Assembly: GCA_934777435.1 (NCBI GenBank)
Contig: CAKVNK010000001.1
Coordinates: forward strand, 172,362 to 236,361
Reading direction: 5' to 3'
Source: an uncultured Clostridia bacterium
GTDB taxonomy: Bacteria > Bacillota > Clostridia > Christensenellales > UBA1242
Length of the DNA stretch: 64,000 nt
Position 1 is the first letter of the stretch; every line of letters starts with the position of its first letter. The position numbers and the translations under genes were made by a program. Below, in pieces: positions 27,596 through 37,905 of this stretch. A model generated the notes under the pieces. It worked only from the letters and a program-made list of their open reading frames with translations. It had not been told where the DNA came from and made no database searches.

Positions 27596-29554
27596 TTATT
27601 TTAACATTTCAAGCAACTCTTCTTCCAACACAATGCGTATGCCAAGTTGTTGTGCTTTTGTTAACTTACTGCCTGCATCACTGCCAACAATAACCATATC
27701 TGTGTTTTTGCTTACACTGCTGGTTACATTTGCACCCATATTTTGCAATATTTTTGTTAAATCTGGGCGAGTATAATTATTTAATGTGCCAGTTAAAACA
27801 ACAGTTTTACCTGCAAAATTTGCGTTTGTTTCAGTTATTTGTGGTTGACTTATTTTTACACCTGCATCAAACAATTTGTTAATGTTTTCAATATTATCAG
27901 CGTCAGCAAAATATTCAACTATACTTGTGGCAACTATTGCTCCAATATCATCAATTAAAATAAGGTCGTCAACACTTGTGGCTTGCAAAGATGCCATATC
28001 AGGGTAAATTTTGCTTAATGTATAAGCGGTTTTTTTGCCAATATTCATAATGCCCAATGCAAATATAAAGTTAGACCACTCTATATTTTTGCTTTTGTTT
28101 ATGCTTTCAATCAAGTTGGTTATCTTCTTATCTTTAAAACCTTCCAAACCAACCAACATATCAGCAGTCAAATTGAACAATTCATATGGATAAGCAATTT
28201 TAAATTTTTCAAAAAGCAATTTGAGTGTTTTTTCACTTAACCCTTCAATGTTAAATGCGTCACGTGAAACAAAATGAGTTAATCTATCTATAATCTGGTC
28301 AAAACAGCCTTTATGATTAACGCAGAATAAATTTGCACCAATGGTTTTAAGTGGCTGACCACAACTTGGACAAATTGAAGGTGCTACAATCTCTTGTGCA
28401 TTGTCGGCTCTTTCTGCCAACCCCATAACTTCTGGTATAACTTCATTGCTACGGCGTACGAAAATACGGCTGTTGATACTTATGTTTTTACGTTCAATAT
28501 CTTGTGTATTGTTCAACGTTGCCCTACTAACTGTTGCACCTGAAAGTTCAACTGGGTCAAGCACTGCAATAGGTGTTATTTTACCAGTTCTGCCAACTTG
28601 CCAAATAACATCACGCAAAACTGTTGATTGTTCAATAGGTTTAAATTTAAACGCCATTGCCCATTTAGGGAATTTTTCAGTGTAGCCAATTTCTTCACGT
28701 TTTGTGCAATCGTTAACCTTGATTACCATACCGTCTATCATAACATCTAAATTTTCTTTAACTTTGTCAATATGGTTAATTTCAGTTTTTGCTTGCTCGA
28801 TTGAAGAAAGAATTTTAAAATAATCGCCAGTTTTAAAGCCTTGTTCAACAATAAAGTTGTGCATTTCAGTTTGAGTGGTAAATTGCTCGCCGTCAACTGC
28901 CAACACGTCATAACAGAAAAAGTCCAGCATACGCTTTGCAGTTTCTTTTGGGTCTAAATTACGCACTGCCCCTGCCACACCATTACGTGGGTTTTTAAGT
29001 GGAATTTCAGCGGTTTTGTTATATTCTTCAAAGGCAGAATTTGTCATCATACACTCGCCTTGCACGGTTAAGGTTGATTTGCAAGGTATTGTCATAGGCA
29101 CACTGCGGATAGTTTTAACTTGTGCGGTTACATCTTCACCAATTTTACCATTGCCACGTGTGGTTGCTGATTTATAATGACCGTTTTGATATTTAATAAC
29201 AACCTTCAATCCGTCATATTTATATTCAAGCGAAAAGGTTAAATTTGGATTGTTTGTTGCCTTACGCATATCATTTTGCCACTTATCTAAATCTGCAAAA
29301 TCTTTAACTTTATTAAGGCTGTAAAGTGGAATTTCATGTTTACGTTTTTTAAAGCCCGGCAAAACATAATCACCAACACGTTTTGTTGGTGTATTCGGCA
29401 AAGAATAGCCAAGTTCTTTTTCTAAATCAACAAGTTCATAATAAAGTTTGTCATATTCTGCATCTGAAATGGTTGGATTATCAAACACATAATAGTTTTT
29501 GTTGTGTTTGTTAACTTCTGCTGTTAAATATGCTAATCTTTCTTGTTTTGTCAT
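27596..29554 (-). CDS. ligA: NAD-dependent DNA ligase LigA
   Basis: Adenylation motif EYKYDGLKV, Zn finger CPSCGQ...C, HhH repeats and a C-terminal BRCT domain (GKTVVLTGTL). ATG at 29554 with AAAGGAT SD. Confidence 0.96.
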   Translation of the reverse strand: MTKQERLAYLTAEVNKHNKNYYVFDNPTISDAEYDKLYYELVDLEKELGYSLPNTPTKRVGDYVLPGFKKRKHEIPLYSLNKVKDFADLDKWQNDMRKATNNPNLTFSLEYKYDGLKVVIKYQNGHYKSATTRGNGKIGEDVTAQVKTIRSVPMTIPCKSTLTVQGECMMTNSAFEEYNKTAEIPLKNPRNGVAGAVRNLDPKETAKRMLDFFCYDVLAVDGEQFTTQTEMHNFIVEQGFKTGDYFKILSSIEQAKTEINHIDKVKENLDVMIDGMVIKVNDCTKREEIGYTEKFPKWAMAFKFKPIEQSTVLRDVIWQVGRTGKITPIAVLDPVELSGATVSRATLNNTQDIERKNISINSRIFVRRSNEVIPEVMGLAERADNAQEIVAPSICPSCGQPLKTIGANLFCVNHKGCFDQIIDRLTHFVSRDAFNIEGLSEKTLKLLFEKFKIAYPYELFNLTADMLVGLEGFKDKKITNLIESINKSKNIEWSNFIFALGIMNIGKKTAYTLSKIYPDMASLQATSVDDLILIDDIGAIVATSIVEYFADADNIENINKLFDAGVKISQPQITETNANFAGKTVVLTGTLNNYTRPDLTKILQNMGANVTSSVSKNTDMVIVGSDAGSKLTKAQQLGIRIVLEEELLEMLK

Positions 29555-29694
29555 ATTTATCCTTTTGGTTTTTAAGTTTGTGTAATAACAATTCTTCTGT
29601 TCTATCACCGTTTTTATGGTTTTTAGGTGACACTTTTTAGGGTTTATTAAAGTTTTTTTATGTACAAATTAAAGTTGCATTTAATGTATTCAAA

Positions 29695-32034
29695 TTAATC
29701 AACAAATTCAATAGGTGCATATTCCAAAGAAAGCATTTTTTCGCCAACCAAATCAAATTTGATTTTAACGCAGTGATTGCTACTGTTTGGGGTGATTTCT
29801 GTTATTGTGCCATCACCAAATTTTGGGTGTTTAACTTTTGCACCAATTTTAATTTTTGAAAAATCAACAGTTTTCTTTTCAACTGTATCTTTGCCAAATG
29901 TGTAGTTAAATATTTTGTTTGTCCCTGTTTGTAAGTTATTCATATTGTCTCCTTGTTTATAAGTTTTATATGTGTTGGTGTTGTTGCTATAACTGTTTTG
30001 TGCGTTTTTATAACCACCATAATTGGAATTATAATTGCCTCGACCGTTGCCGTATCCGTTTACATAATCGTCATCATAATCTCGGCTATAACTATTAAAA
30101 TTGTTATAACTATTGTATGTGTTAAAGCCTGAATTTATTTGCCTTTCTTTTGCCAAACCAAGTTCATATAAAAACCTTGATTTTACGCTATATTCACGTT
30201 TGCCATACATAAATCGTGATGAACTTGAAGTTAAAAATAAGTCCTTTTTAGCACGTGTTACTGCAACGTACATCAATCGGCGTTCTTCTTCCATATCAGT
30301 TTCATCATCACGGTTGATTGGAAAGATTTTTTCTTCACAACCAACAACAAAAACTGTGTCAAATTCCAAACCTTTTGCACCATGAATCGTGGCAATAACA
30401 ACACCTTCGCCATCATCATCGTCCATAGCTGCCGAAAGTGTTACTGATTGCAAATAGTCTACTATTGTTGCGTTTTGGTTGTTCTCTTCAAACTCTTTAA
30501 CTGAATTTGAAAGTGAGTTGACATTTAAAAAACGTTCGTAATCTTGCTCATTATCCAAATCAAAAGATTCTGTTATTTTGGTTTGCTCTAAAAGGTATGT
30601 GAAAAAGTCATACATACCCATTGTGTTCATATTATTTTCTAAATCAACAAGCAAATCACGCAAAGGTATAAGTTTTTCTTTAAGTGCATTTGGTAAAATT
30701 TGCTTATCTATATCCATAACCACTTGTTTAAGTGATGTGCGGTTACGTGTTGCAATTTCTGTTAATTTTGCAATGCTTGTATCCCCCACGCCTCGCTTTG
30801 GAAAATTGATAATACGCAAAAAACTTACGTCATCATCAGGGTTAACCAATGCCACAAGATATGCTAACACATTTTTGATTTCAGCACGTTCAAAGAATTT
30901 AAAGCCGTTATACATAATGTGTGGTATATTATAAGCCAACAACTTTTCTTCAAACGCACGTGACAAAGCGTTCAAACGCATTAAAATTGCCATTTCGTGG
31001 TAAGGTGTGCCAGACGCATGTTTACGTATGATGTTTCGCACAACAAAATCGGCTTCATCTGTTTCGTTTTGTGCTGGATAATAATAAACTTCACTACCTT
31101 CATCATTTTCAGTGTAAAGTTGTTTATCTAAACGGTTTTTGTTGTTTTTGATAATCAAATTTGCACGTTCCAAAATCTTTTTTGTGCTACGGTAGTTCTG
31201 CTCTAACTTAAACACTTTTGCATCTTTAAAATCACGCTGGAAGTTAAAAATGTTATCAATGTTTGCCCCACGCCAACCATAGATTGATTGGTCTTCATCG
31301 CCAACAATAAGTAGATTGCGAGTGCGTGAAGCAAGCAATTTAACAATATCATATTGAAGTTTGTTTGTGTCTTGAAATTCGTCCACGCTGAAATATGTGA
31401 ACTTGTTTTGTATGCTATCAAGCACTTCACGATTGTTTGAAATAAGGTTATAAAAATTTATCAGCAAATCATCAAAATCCATTGCATTGTTCTTTTTAAG
31501 TTCTGCTTGATAAGCGTTGTAAAACTTAACAAATTCACCAATGTTATGGTCATAACGATAAATATTTGCATATTCCTCAATGGTTATATTTTCGTTTTTT
31601 ATTGTTGAAAGATTATGTTTAAAATTGCATTTTGTATCTTCGTCTGTGATATTCATTTGCTTGAAAATATCTTTAAAAATTTTAGCCGTATCTGTTTCAC
31701 TGAAAATGGTAAAATTCTCTTTATATCCGGTTAAAAAACTTGCATATGTGCGTAACATGCGTGCACAAAAACTGTGGAAGGTGCAAACAGTAACCATATC
31801 GCCGTCTGGGGCTATTTTGGTGATTCTATCTTTCATCTCGCCTGCCGCTTTGTTTGTAAAAGTGATTGCCAAAATTTTATAGGCAGGAACACCGCACTCG
31901 GTTATTAAATACGCTATGCGATAAGTAAGCAATCTTGTTTTGCCACTGCCCGCTCCAGCACTTACTAAAACAGGGCCGTCAGTTGCTGTTACGGCCGAAT
32001 ATTGTTCATCATTAAGCAGTGTACGATAATCCAT
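29695..32034 (-). CDS. pcrA: ATP-dependent DNA helicase PcrA/UvrD
   Basis: AGAGSGKT, DEFQDTN, VTRAK, and a C-terminal KHPKFGDGTI Tudor-like domain. A 73-aa N/Y/G-rich linker lies at nt 29917-30135. Confidence 0.95.
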   Translation of the reverse strand: MDYRTLLNDEQYSAVTATDGPVLVSAGAGSGKTRLLTYRIAYLITECGVPAYKILAITFTNKAAGEMKDRITKIAPDGDMVTVCTFHSFCARMLRTYASFLTGYKENFTIFSETDTAKIFKDIFKQMNITDEDTKCNFKHNLSTIKNENITIEEYANIYRYDHNIGEFVKFYNAYQAELKKNNAMDFDDLLINFYNLISNNREVLDSIQNKFTYFSVDEFQDTNKLQYDIVKLLASRTRNLLIVGDEDQSIYGWRGANIDNIFNFQRDFKDAKVFKLEQNYRSTKKILERANLIIKNNKNRLDKQLYTENDEGSEVYYYPAQNETDEADFVVRNIIRKHASGTPYHEMAILMRLNALSRAFEEKLLAYNIPHIMYNGFKFFERAEIKNVLAYLVALVNPDDDVSFLRIINFPKRGVGDTSIAKLTEIATRNRTSLKQVVMDIDKQILPNALKEKLIPLRDLLVDLENNMNTMGMYDFFTYLLEQTKITESFDLDNEQDYERFLNVNSLSNSVKEFEENNQNATIVDYLQSVTLSAAMDDDDGEGVVIATIHGAKGLEFDTVFVVGCEEKIFPINRDDETDMEEERRLMYVAVTRAKKDLFLTSSSSRFMYGKREYSVKSRFLYELGLAKERQINSGFNTYNSYNNFNSYSRDYDDDYVNGYGNGRGNYNSNYGGYKNAQNSYSNNTNTYKTYKQGDNMNNLQTGTNKIFNYTFGKDTVEKKTVDFSKIKIGAKVKHPKFGDGTITEITPNSSNHCVKIKFDLVGEKMLSLEYAPIEFVD

Positions 32035-32122
32035 TTTGCTCCTTTAAGGATTAAAAAAAATTTTACTAGGTGCTTGCCTTGAAAATTCTTTAACCAAATT
32101 GTTCTGTTTTATTTACTTTTTA

Positions 32123-32152
32123 AGTATATCACACTAAAAAGCCAAACGCAAA
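32123..32152 (-). promoter_or_regulatory. possible extended -10 promoter of pcrA
   Basis: Minus strand TGATATACT (32131..32123) with a weak TTGCGT about 17 nt upstream. Confidence 0.3.
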
Positions 32153-32353
32153 CAATTTAATTAAAAAAACATAAAAGCCAAAATTCACAATGTATCAAAA
32201 TGTTTCATTTTGTTTTGCCACACTCATCAATATGAATTGTTGTTAAGATGCTACACTTATTCACTTCACTAACATTAGTAAATATAGTTTTTTTTACTAA
32301 AACAACAAACAATTTTTTGCCTACATTTACAAATTTGGTTTGTTGTTAAACGC

Positions 32354-32381
32354 AAAAAAAAATCACTGGCTAACCAGTGAT
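32354..32381 (-). terminator. rho-independent terminator after rpsU
   Basis: Perfect 8-bp stem ATCACTGG (32362-32369) / CCAGTGAT (32374-32381) with a 4-nt loop. A run of 9 U follows on the minus strand. Confidence 0.85.
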
Positions 32382-32390
32382 TTTAAAATC

Positions 32391-32579
32391 TTAATATCTT
32401 GATTTTTTCATGGCACGTTTACGTGCTGCTTTTTGCTTTTCCTTTTTAGCAACGCTTGGTTTAACGTATTCTTGTTTCTTTTTCAAATCGCCAATAATAC
32501 CATCTTTTTGGCATTTACGTTTAAAACGTTTCAATGCACTTTCGATTGATTCATTTTCGCCACAACGAATTGTTGTCAT
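32391..32579 (-). CDS. rpsU: 30S ribosomal protein S21
   Basis: MTTIRCGENESIESALKRFKRKCQKDGI...KPSVAKKEKQKAARKR. A GTG at 32591 is an alternative start. Confidence 0.93.
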   Translation of the reverse strand: MTTIRCGENESIESALKRFKRKCQKDGIIGDLKKKQEYVKPSVAKKEKQKAARKRAMKKSRY

Positions 32580-32664
32580 ATCCTTATTCACCCACTTTTA
32601 GATCTAAACTGAAATTCATTATAAGCGAAAAAAACAATATTGTCAATGTTTTTTGCAAAAGTTT

Positions 32665-33000
32665 TTAAAACTCTTTAAGTTGTTCGCCACCTAAAATGTG
32701 GATATGAACATGACCAACAGTTTGACCAGCATCTTCACCTTGGTTAATAACCAAACGATAACCGTTTGTAAGCCCAAGTTCTGCTTGCATATGGCTGATT
32801 TTGCCCATAATTTTGCCAAGCATTGCTGTGCCTTCGTCTGTCATCATATCAATGGTTGGCACATGCTCGGTTGGAATTGCAATAAGGTGCACTTTTGCTT
32901 GTGGGTTGATGTCTTTAATAATCATAAAATCATCATCTTTATACAATGTTGTACTTGGCAATTCACCTTTTCTAATTTTACAAAATACGCAATCTTCCAT
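32665..33000 (-). CDS. HIT-family (histidine triad) nucleotide-binding protein
   Basis: CVFCKI... and the HVHIHILGG triad. 111 aa. Confidence 0.92.
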   Translation of the reverse strand: MEDCVFCKIRKGELPSTTLYKDDDFMIIKDINPQAKVHLIAIPTEHVPTIDMMTDEGTAMLGKIMGKISHMQAELGLTNGYRLVINQGEDAGQTVGHVHIHILGGEQLKEF

Positions 33001-33061
33001 ATTAAATATCTCCTTTTGTTAAAACATTTTTTCTATTATATTTTTGTTTTATGTGACAAAT

Positions 33062-34312
33062 TTAATTTTCTTTTAAGTTTGCAAGCATACCTTTTTTGTA
33101 TGGTTCAACAAGTGTTACATCAACAATCTGTCCCACTTTTAAGTTTGCTGGCAAGTAAGTGTATATATAATTATCAGTATAGCCTATTGAATAATTTTCG
33201 TCAACAATTTCAATCAACAGTTTATGTGTTGTGTTTTTATTGTTTTGATAAAATTTTGCTTTAAAATCTGCATTGAGTTTTTGCAAACGTTTTTCACGTT
33301 GTTTAACAATTTCTGCTGGCACATCTCCCCCCATTTTGCTTGCCACAGTACCAGAACGTATACTGTATGGGAAAATGTGCATAAAGTCAAAACCTATGCG
33401 TTGCAAGTTTTTAAAGGTATTTTCAAATTCATCATCTGTTTCACCTTTAAAGCCAACAATAAGGTCAGTTGAAATGCAAGCAGTTGGAAATTCTTTACGT
33501 ATTCTATCCGTTATGTCAATAAACTTTTCAATGGTATAACGTCTGTTCATACGCTTTAAAGTTTCATTGCACGCAGATTGCAAACTCAAATGAAAATGTG
33601 GACAAAAGTTTTTGCAACCTTTTAAAACCGCAAACATTTCATCGTCTAAAATATTGCACTCTATTGAAGAAATCCTAAAACGTTTGTTTAATTTATCAAC
33701 TTCTTTAATCAATGTTGATAAAGCAAGTTTGCCATCTATGCGATAATCACTCATATTTATGCCTGTAAGCACAATTTCGCTGGCCTGGGTGTCTTTAATC
33801 TCTGCCACAACATCTTCTAAATTGCGGCTTCTGCTTCTGCCCCTAACATAAGGTATAAGGCAGTAAGAACAAAAATAATTGCAACCGTCTTGAATTTTTA
33901 TGTATTGGCGAGTGCGTGTTTCGATTGGACGTGGCATTTCATCATATTCTACATGTTCCAAATCTGGCAACACTTTATTTTGTTTATCTATAAAATCCAT
34001 AATAATATGTTTGCCATAATTGCCAGTTAAAGCAATAACATTTGGATTGCCTAAAAATTTGGCTGGATTATTTTGCACTGCACAACCACACACCACGATT
34101 TTAGCATTTGGATTTAATTTTTCAAGTTTAGAAAGCACTTGTTTTGATTTTCTTTCACCTGTGTTTGTTACTGCACAAGTGTTAACAACATAAACATCTG
34201 CTGGCACAAGGCCTTCAGAAATCTCATAACCGGCCTGTTTCAACTGGTTCATTATTGATTGACTTTCATATTCATTAACTTTGCAACCTAAGGTTACCAC
34301 ACTAGCACGCAT
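33062..34312 (-). CDS. mtaB: tRNA (t6A37) methylthiotransferase MtaB (radical SAM)
   Basis: UPF0004 N-domain (TLGCKVNEYES), CNYFCSYCLIP radical-SAM motif and a TRAM C-terminus. Canonical position after rsmE. Confidence 0.85.
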   Translation of the reverse strand: MRASVVTLGCKVNEYESQSIMNQLKQAGYEISEGLVPADVYVVNTCAVTNTGERKSKQVLSKLEKLNPNAKIVVCGCAVQNNPAKFLGNPNVIALTGNYGKHIIMDFIDKQNKVLPDLEHVEYDEMPRPIETRTRQYIKIQDGCNYFCSYCLIPYVRGRSRSRNLEDVVAEIKDTQASEIVLTGINMSDYRIDGKLALSTLIKEVDKLNKRFRISSIECNILDDEMFAVLKGCKNFCPHFHLSLQSACNETLKRMNRRYTIEKFIDITDRIRKEFPTACISTDLIVGFKGETDDEFENTFKNLQRIGFDFMHIFPYSIRSGTVASKMGGDVPAEIVKQREKRLQKLNADFKAKFYQNNKNTTHKLLIEIVDENYSIGYTDNYIYTYLPANLKVGQIVDVTLVEPYKKGMLANLKEN

Positions 34313-35012
34313 TATTCACCGCCTTTAACATACTCACACCAGCAACACACGCCACTTCGGCACGTAAAATTGTGTTGCCTAAACTAACATTTTTTGCAAA
34401 AGATGAAAAATATTTAACTTCTTCTGCTGAAAAGCCCCCTTCTGGCCCAATAATCAACGCAAAGCCACCTGAAAAACCTGTAATTTTGCCAGTTGAATCT
34501 TCATAGGCAAAAAATGTGTTTTGTGGTGCGTCTTGTTTGATTTGATTTTTGCTTATAATTTCAATTTTCATTATATCCGCACGTTCACTTTGTTTGCTTG
34601 CCTGAATTGCAGTTTGGTTAAGTTTTTCAATTTTTTTATCATCAAAAGTTGCAACTGAAAAGTCCGCCTTAAACAATTTGACGCATTTAACATTAAGTTC
34701 TGCCAAATGGTCTACCGCTTCAACCAGAGCATCGTTTTTTATCATTGCAAGGTAAACTGTTATATTATTTGAGTTTGCAGAAGCATTGTGTTGTTTGTTT
34801 TCAAGTGTCAATTCAACCTTATCTTTAAAAATTGTTTGCACTTTAAAATGATAGTCAAAACCATCACCGCAAAAAGCCACAATATTGTCGCCAACTTTTG
34901 CACGGCGAACTTTGATTAAATGCTGTGCTTCTTGCCCTGACAAACACAAAGAAAAAGGAACATCAATTTCCTTTATTCCTTCTGGTTTTTGAAAATAATA
35001 TCTATTATCCAT
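34302..35012 (-). CDS. rsmE: 16S rRNA (uracil1498-N3)-methyltransferase RsmE
   Basis: 236 aa: HLIKVRRAKVGD and IIGPEGGFSAEEV motifs. Confidence 0.88.
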   Translation of the reverse strand: MDNRYYFQKPEGIKEIDVPFSLCLSGQEAQHLIKVRRAKVGDNIVAFCGDGFDYHFKVQTIFKDKVELTLENKQHNASANSNNITVYLAMIKNDALVEAVDHLAELNVKCVKLFKADFSVATFDDKKIEKLNQTAIQASKQSERADIMKIEIISKNQIKQDAPQNTFFAYEDSTGKITGFSGGFALIIGPEGGFSAEEVKYFSSFAKNVSLGNTILRAEVACVAGVSMLKAVNNAC

Positions 35013-35661
35013 TATTACCCTTTAACTTTTGTATTGCTTCGTATGTGTCGTTGCTGTAAATATAATTGCCACTAACAACAATATCCGCACCAGCACGCAC
35101 AACTTGTGCTGATGTTTTATCATTGAGACCGCCGTCAACTTCAATCAAAATTTTGTTGCTTTTTTCACGCACATATTTGATTTTCTGTATAGCAGATTTT
35201 TGGAACTCTTGCCCACCTTTGCCTGCTTTAACTGACATAATCAACACCATATCAAGTTCATTTAAAAATGGGTCAATTTTTGAAATATCAGTATCTAAAT
35301 CTATTGCCAAACTTGCCATAACGCCTTTGCTTTTAATGTGGCGGATAAGTTTATGTGTTTGTTCTTCGTCCAACACTTCTTGATGCACGCTGATAATGTT
35401 TGCCCCTGCCTTGATATATTTATCAATAACTTTGGCTGGGTCTTGCACCATAAGGTGACAATCAAAAAGCAATGTGGTGCGTTCTTTTAATTGTTCAAGA
35501 TAAGCAAAATCAACTGATTTATGCTTAACAAAAACACCATCCATAACATCAAAATGGTACATATCTGCACCATAATTTGTAACACGTTCCAAATATTCTA
35601 TCTGGCTTGACATATTCCTGCCTGCTGGCAAACTTGATGCTGAAACAACAATCTTTTTCAC
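35005..35661 (-). CDS. rpe: ribulose-phosphate 3-epimerase
   Basis: HFDVMDGVFV, HLMV, VDGG and SGNYIY motifs. GTG start at 35661 with AGGAG SD. Confidence 0.9.
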   Translation of the reverse strand: MKKIVVSASSLPAGRNMSSQIEYLERVTNYGADMYHFDVMDGVFVKHKSVDFAYLEQLKERTTLLFDCHLMVQDPAKVIDKYIKAGANIISVHQEVLDEEQTHKLIRHIKSKGVMASLAIDLDTDISKIDPFLNELDMVLIMSVKAGKGGQEFQKSAIQKIKYVREKSNKILIEVDGGLNDKTSAQVVRAGADIVVSGNYIYSNDTYEAIQKLKGNNG

Positions 35662-35752
35662 AATTATCTCCTAACACTTAAAACAAAATCAAACATTATA
35701 CTGTTGTCTGTTTTAAGCAAATTTATCTAGTTATATTTTAACACAATTTATA

Positions 35753-35800
35753 TAAAAAACAAACTAATTTACTTTGCGTTTATAAGTAAAAATAGTTTGT
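35753..35800 (-). terminator. long AT-rich hairpin terminator after rlmN
   Basis: ACAAACTAATTTACTT (35759-35774) pairs with AAGTAAAAATAGTTTGT (35784-35800) with one bulge. U-runs are present on both strands. Confidence 0.55.
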
Positions 35801-35899
35801 TGTTTTTGATTATCTCAATTTCCTTTGGTTTGCTTTTAAAATTTAGCCCATTTTTTGTGTAAATAATCTTATTTATTTTACACATTAAATCTTAACAAA

Positions 35900-36952
35900 T
35901 TAGTCTTGCAAATGTTTTGCACGTAACATACCACACGCCCCAGCAATGTCGTCACCTTGGCTACGACGAAGGGTTGCACTTACACCTTCCAAATTAAGAC
36001 GTTCAACAAACTGAATTGCTTGTTGACGTGTTGTTGCTTTAAGACTGCCACCATTTGGGTTTAAACAAATAACATTGATGTGACTTTTAAAACCACGTGT
36101 TAAAGTTTTTAATGCCAAAATATCTTGTTCACGGTTGTTAACGCCGTCAATAAGGCAATATTCAAACACAACACGGCGGTTGTTTTCTTTAACATATGCC
36201 CTAACAGCCGTCATAATTTCAGCAATTGTATAGCGGTTTGCTATTGGCATAATGGTTTTACGTGTTTCGTCATCTGTAGCATGCAAAGAAACGCAAAGTG
36301 TGATGTTAAAATTGAGTTTGGCTAAATCATAAATTCTATCAACCAAACCGCAAGTAGAAAGTGAAATATTGCGTTCACTCACACCAAAGCCTTGTGGGTG
36401 TGTGATAAGTTTAAGCCATTTAACAACATTATCAAAATTATCAAGTGGTTCACCACTACCCATAAGCACAATATTTGAAAAGTTACGTTCAGTGCATTTG
36501 CCGTTATCAGCATTAAGAATCGCAATTATTGAAATCATCTCGCCTGCAGACAAATTGCGGATAAGCCCATTTGTTGTGGAAGCACAAAATTTGCAACCCA
36601 TTCTGCATCCAACTTGTGTTGACAAGCATATTGTGTTGCCATAGTTTTGGTGTAAAAACACGCTTTCAACCAAATTGTTGTCATGCAATTTAAGAAGGTA
36701 TTTTTTTGTGCCGTCACGACTTGTGTAAACCTTATAAATTTCAACTGGTTTTAAAATGTATTCTTTGCTTAATGTTTGCTTTAAATCTGCTGAAAAATTG
36801 ATTGAATCATAGTCCTTGCTTTGAATAATTGCATCAAAAATCTGCTTGGCACGAAATGAAGGAAGATTTGCCAATTCAGTTTTTAATTCAGTTAAACTAT
36901 AATCACTTAAAATTTTCATATTTAAATTGTTTTTTTGGCTTTTGGCTGCCAT
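35900..36952 (-). CDS. rlmN: 23S rRNA/tRNA (adenine-C2)-methyltransferase RlmN
   Basis: Radical-SAM CRMGCKFCAS, MGSGEPLDN, and C-terminal CGML. The start is uncertain (ATG at 36952 or 36919, neither with an SD). Confidence 0.92.
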   Translation of the reverse strand: MAAKSQKNNLNMKILSDYSLTELKTELANLPSFRAKQIFDAIIQSKDYDSINFSADLKQTLSKEYILKPVEIYKVYTSRDGTKKYLLKLHDNNLVESVFLHQNYGNTICLSTQVGCRMGCKFCASTTNGLIRNLSAGEMISIIAILNADNGKCTERNFSNIVLMGSGEPLDNFDNVVKWLKLITHPQGFGVSERNISLSTCGLVDRIYDLAKLNFNITLCVSLHATDDETRKTIMPIANRYTIAEIMTAVRAYVKENNRRVVFEYCLIDGVNNREQDILALKTLTRGFKSHINVICLNPNGGSLKATTRQQAIQFVERLNLEGVSATLRRSQGDDIAGACGMLRAKHLQD

Positions 36953-36978
36953 ATTATGCTTTTTGGCTTTTTGAAATC

Positions 36979-37905
36979 CTATTGTAAAACTGGTTCAATA
37001 ATTTCATTTTGAACAAATTTGTTTGCGTTCATATATGCTTTCGCTGGCATTTTTTGTTTGCCTTCTGGTTGAATTGTTACAATTTCAACCGCTGTATCTT
37101 TTGTTGCAATAATCAAACCAAATTTTGAAGTACAATTTAAAATTTGCCCTGGTGTGCCTTGCCCACTTATTGCTTTTGCTTCAAGCACTTTAAAACGCAT
37201 ATTGTGGTAAACAAAATAACAACTTTCAAGTGCACGCACTTTATTTACAATGGCTTTTGATGTGTTGTTAAAATTTAACAAATAATCTTCCTTTTTAATC
37301 ATAGGGAAATATGTCATTTGGCTTTCGTCTTGTTTTTCACCGTTTTTAACCATTGTGTTAAAATTATCTAAAAACTCATTGATACACTCTGCACCTAGTG
37401 TTGCAAGTTTACTAAATACACTAGATGAAGTATCTTCTTCTGTGATTTCAATTTGCTTTTTAAGGTACATATCCCCACAATCAAGCCCTAATTCGGTTTT
37501 CATAATAGTGATGCCAGTAACAGTTTCACCGTTCATAATTGCCCATTGTATTGGTGATGAACCACGATATTTTGGCAACAAACTTGCGTGAACATTATAA
37601 CAACCTAAAGGTGGAATATCTAAAATATTTTGCCTGATAATTTGACCATAACTTGCGGTAACAAAAATATCAGCCGACAATTCTTTAAGTGGCTGTTCAC
37701 CCTCTCTATTTAACTTTTCAAATTGAAAAAGTTTGATGTTGTTTGCCAAACAATATTGTTTGATTGGTGAAAATGTTGATTTACCATTTCTGCCATTAAC
37801 TTTGTCAGGTTGTGAAACAACAGCGACAACTTGCTTGCCACTATCAACCAAACTTTTTAAAACCACAGTGCTAAATTCGCCAGTGCCAAAAAATACTATT
37901 CTCAT
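36979..37905 (-). CDS. fmt: methionyl-tRNA formyltransferase
   Basis: MRIVFFGTGEFS... and NVHASLLPKYRGSSPIQ. TAATG overlap with def. Confidence 0.95.
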   Translation of the reverse strand: MRIVFFGTGEFSTVVLKSLVDSGKQVVAVVSQPDKVNGRNGKSTFSPIKQYCLANNIKLFQFEKLNREGEQPLKELSADIFVTASYGQIIRQNILDIPPLGCYNVHASLLPKYRGSSPIQWAIMNGETVTGITIMKTELGLDCGDMYLKKQIEITEEDTSSSVFSKLATLGAECINEFLDNFNTMVKNGEKQDESQMTYFPMIKKEDYLLNFNNTSKAIVNKVRALESCYFVYHNMRFKVLEAKAISGQGTPGQILNCTSKFGLIIATKDTAVEIVTIQPEGKQKMPAKAYMNANKFVQNEIIEPVLQ

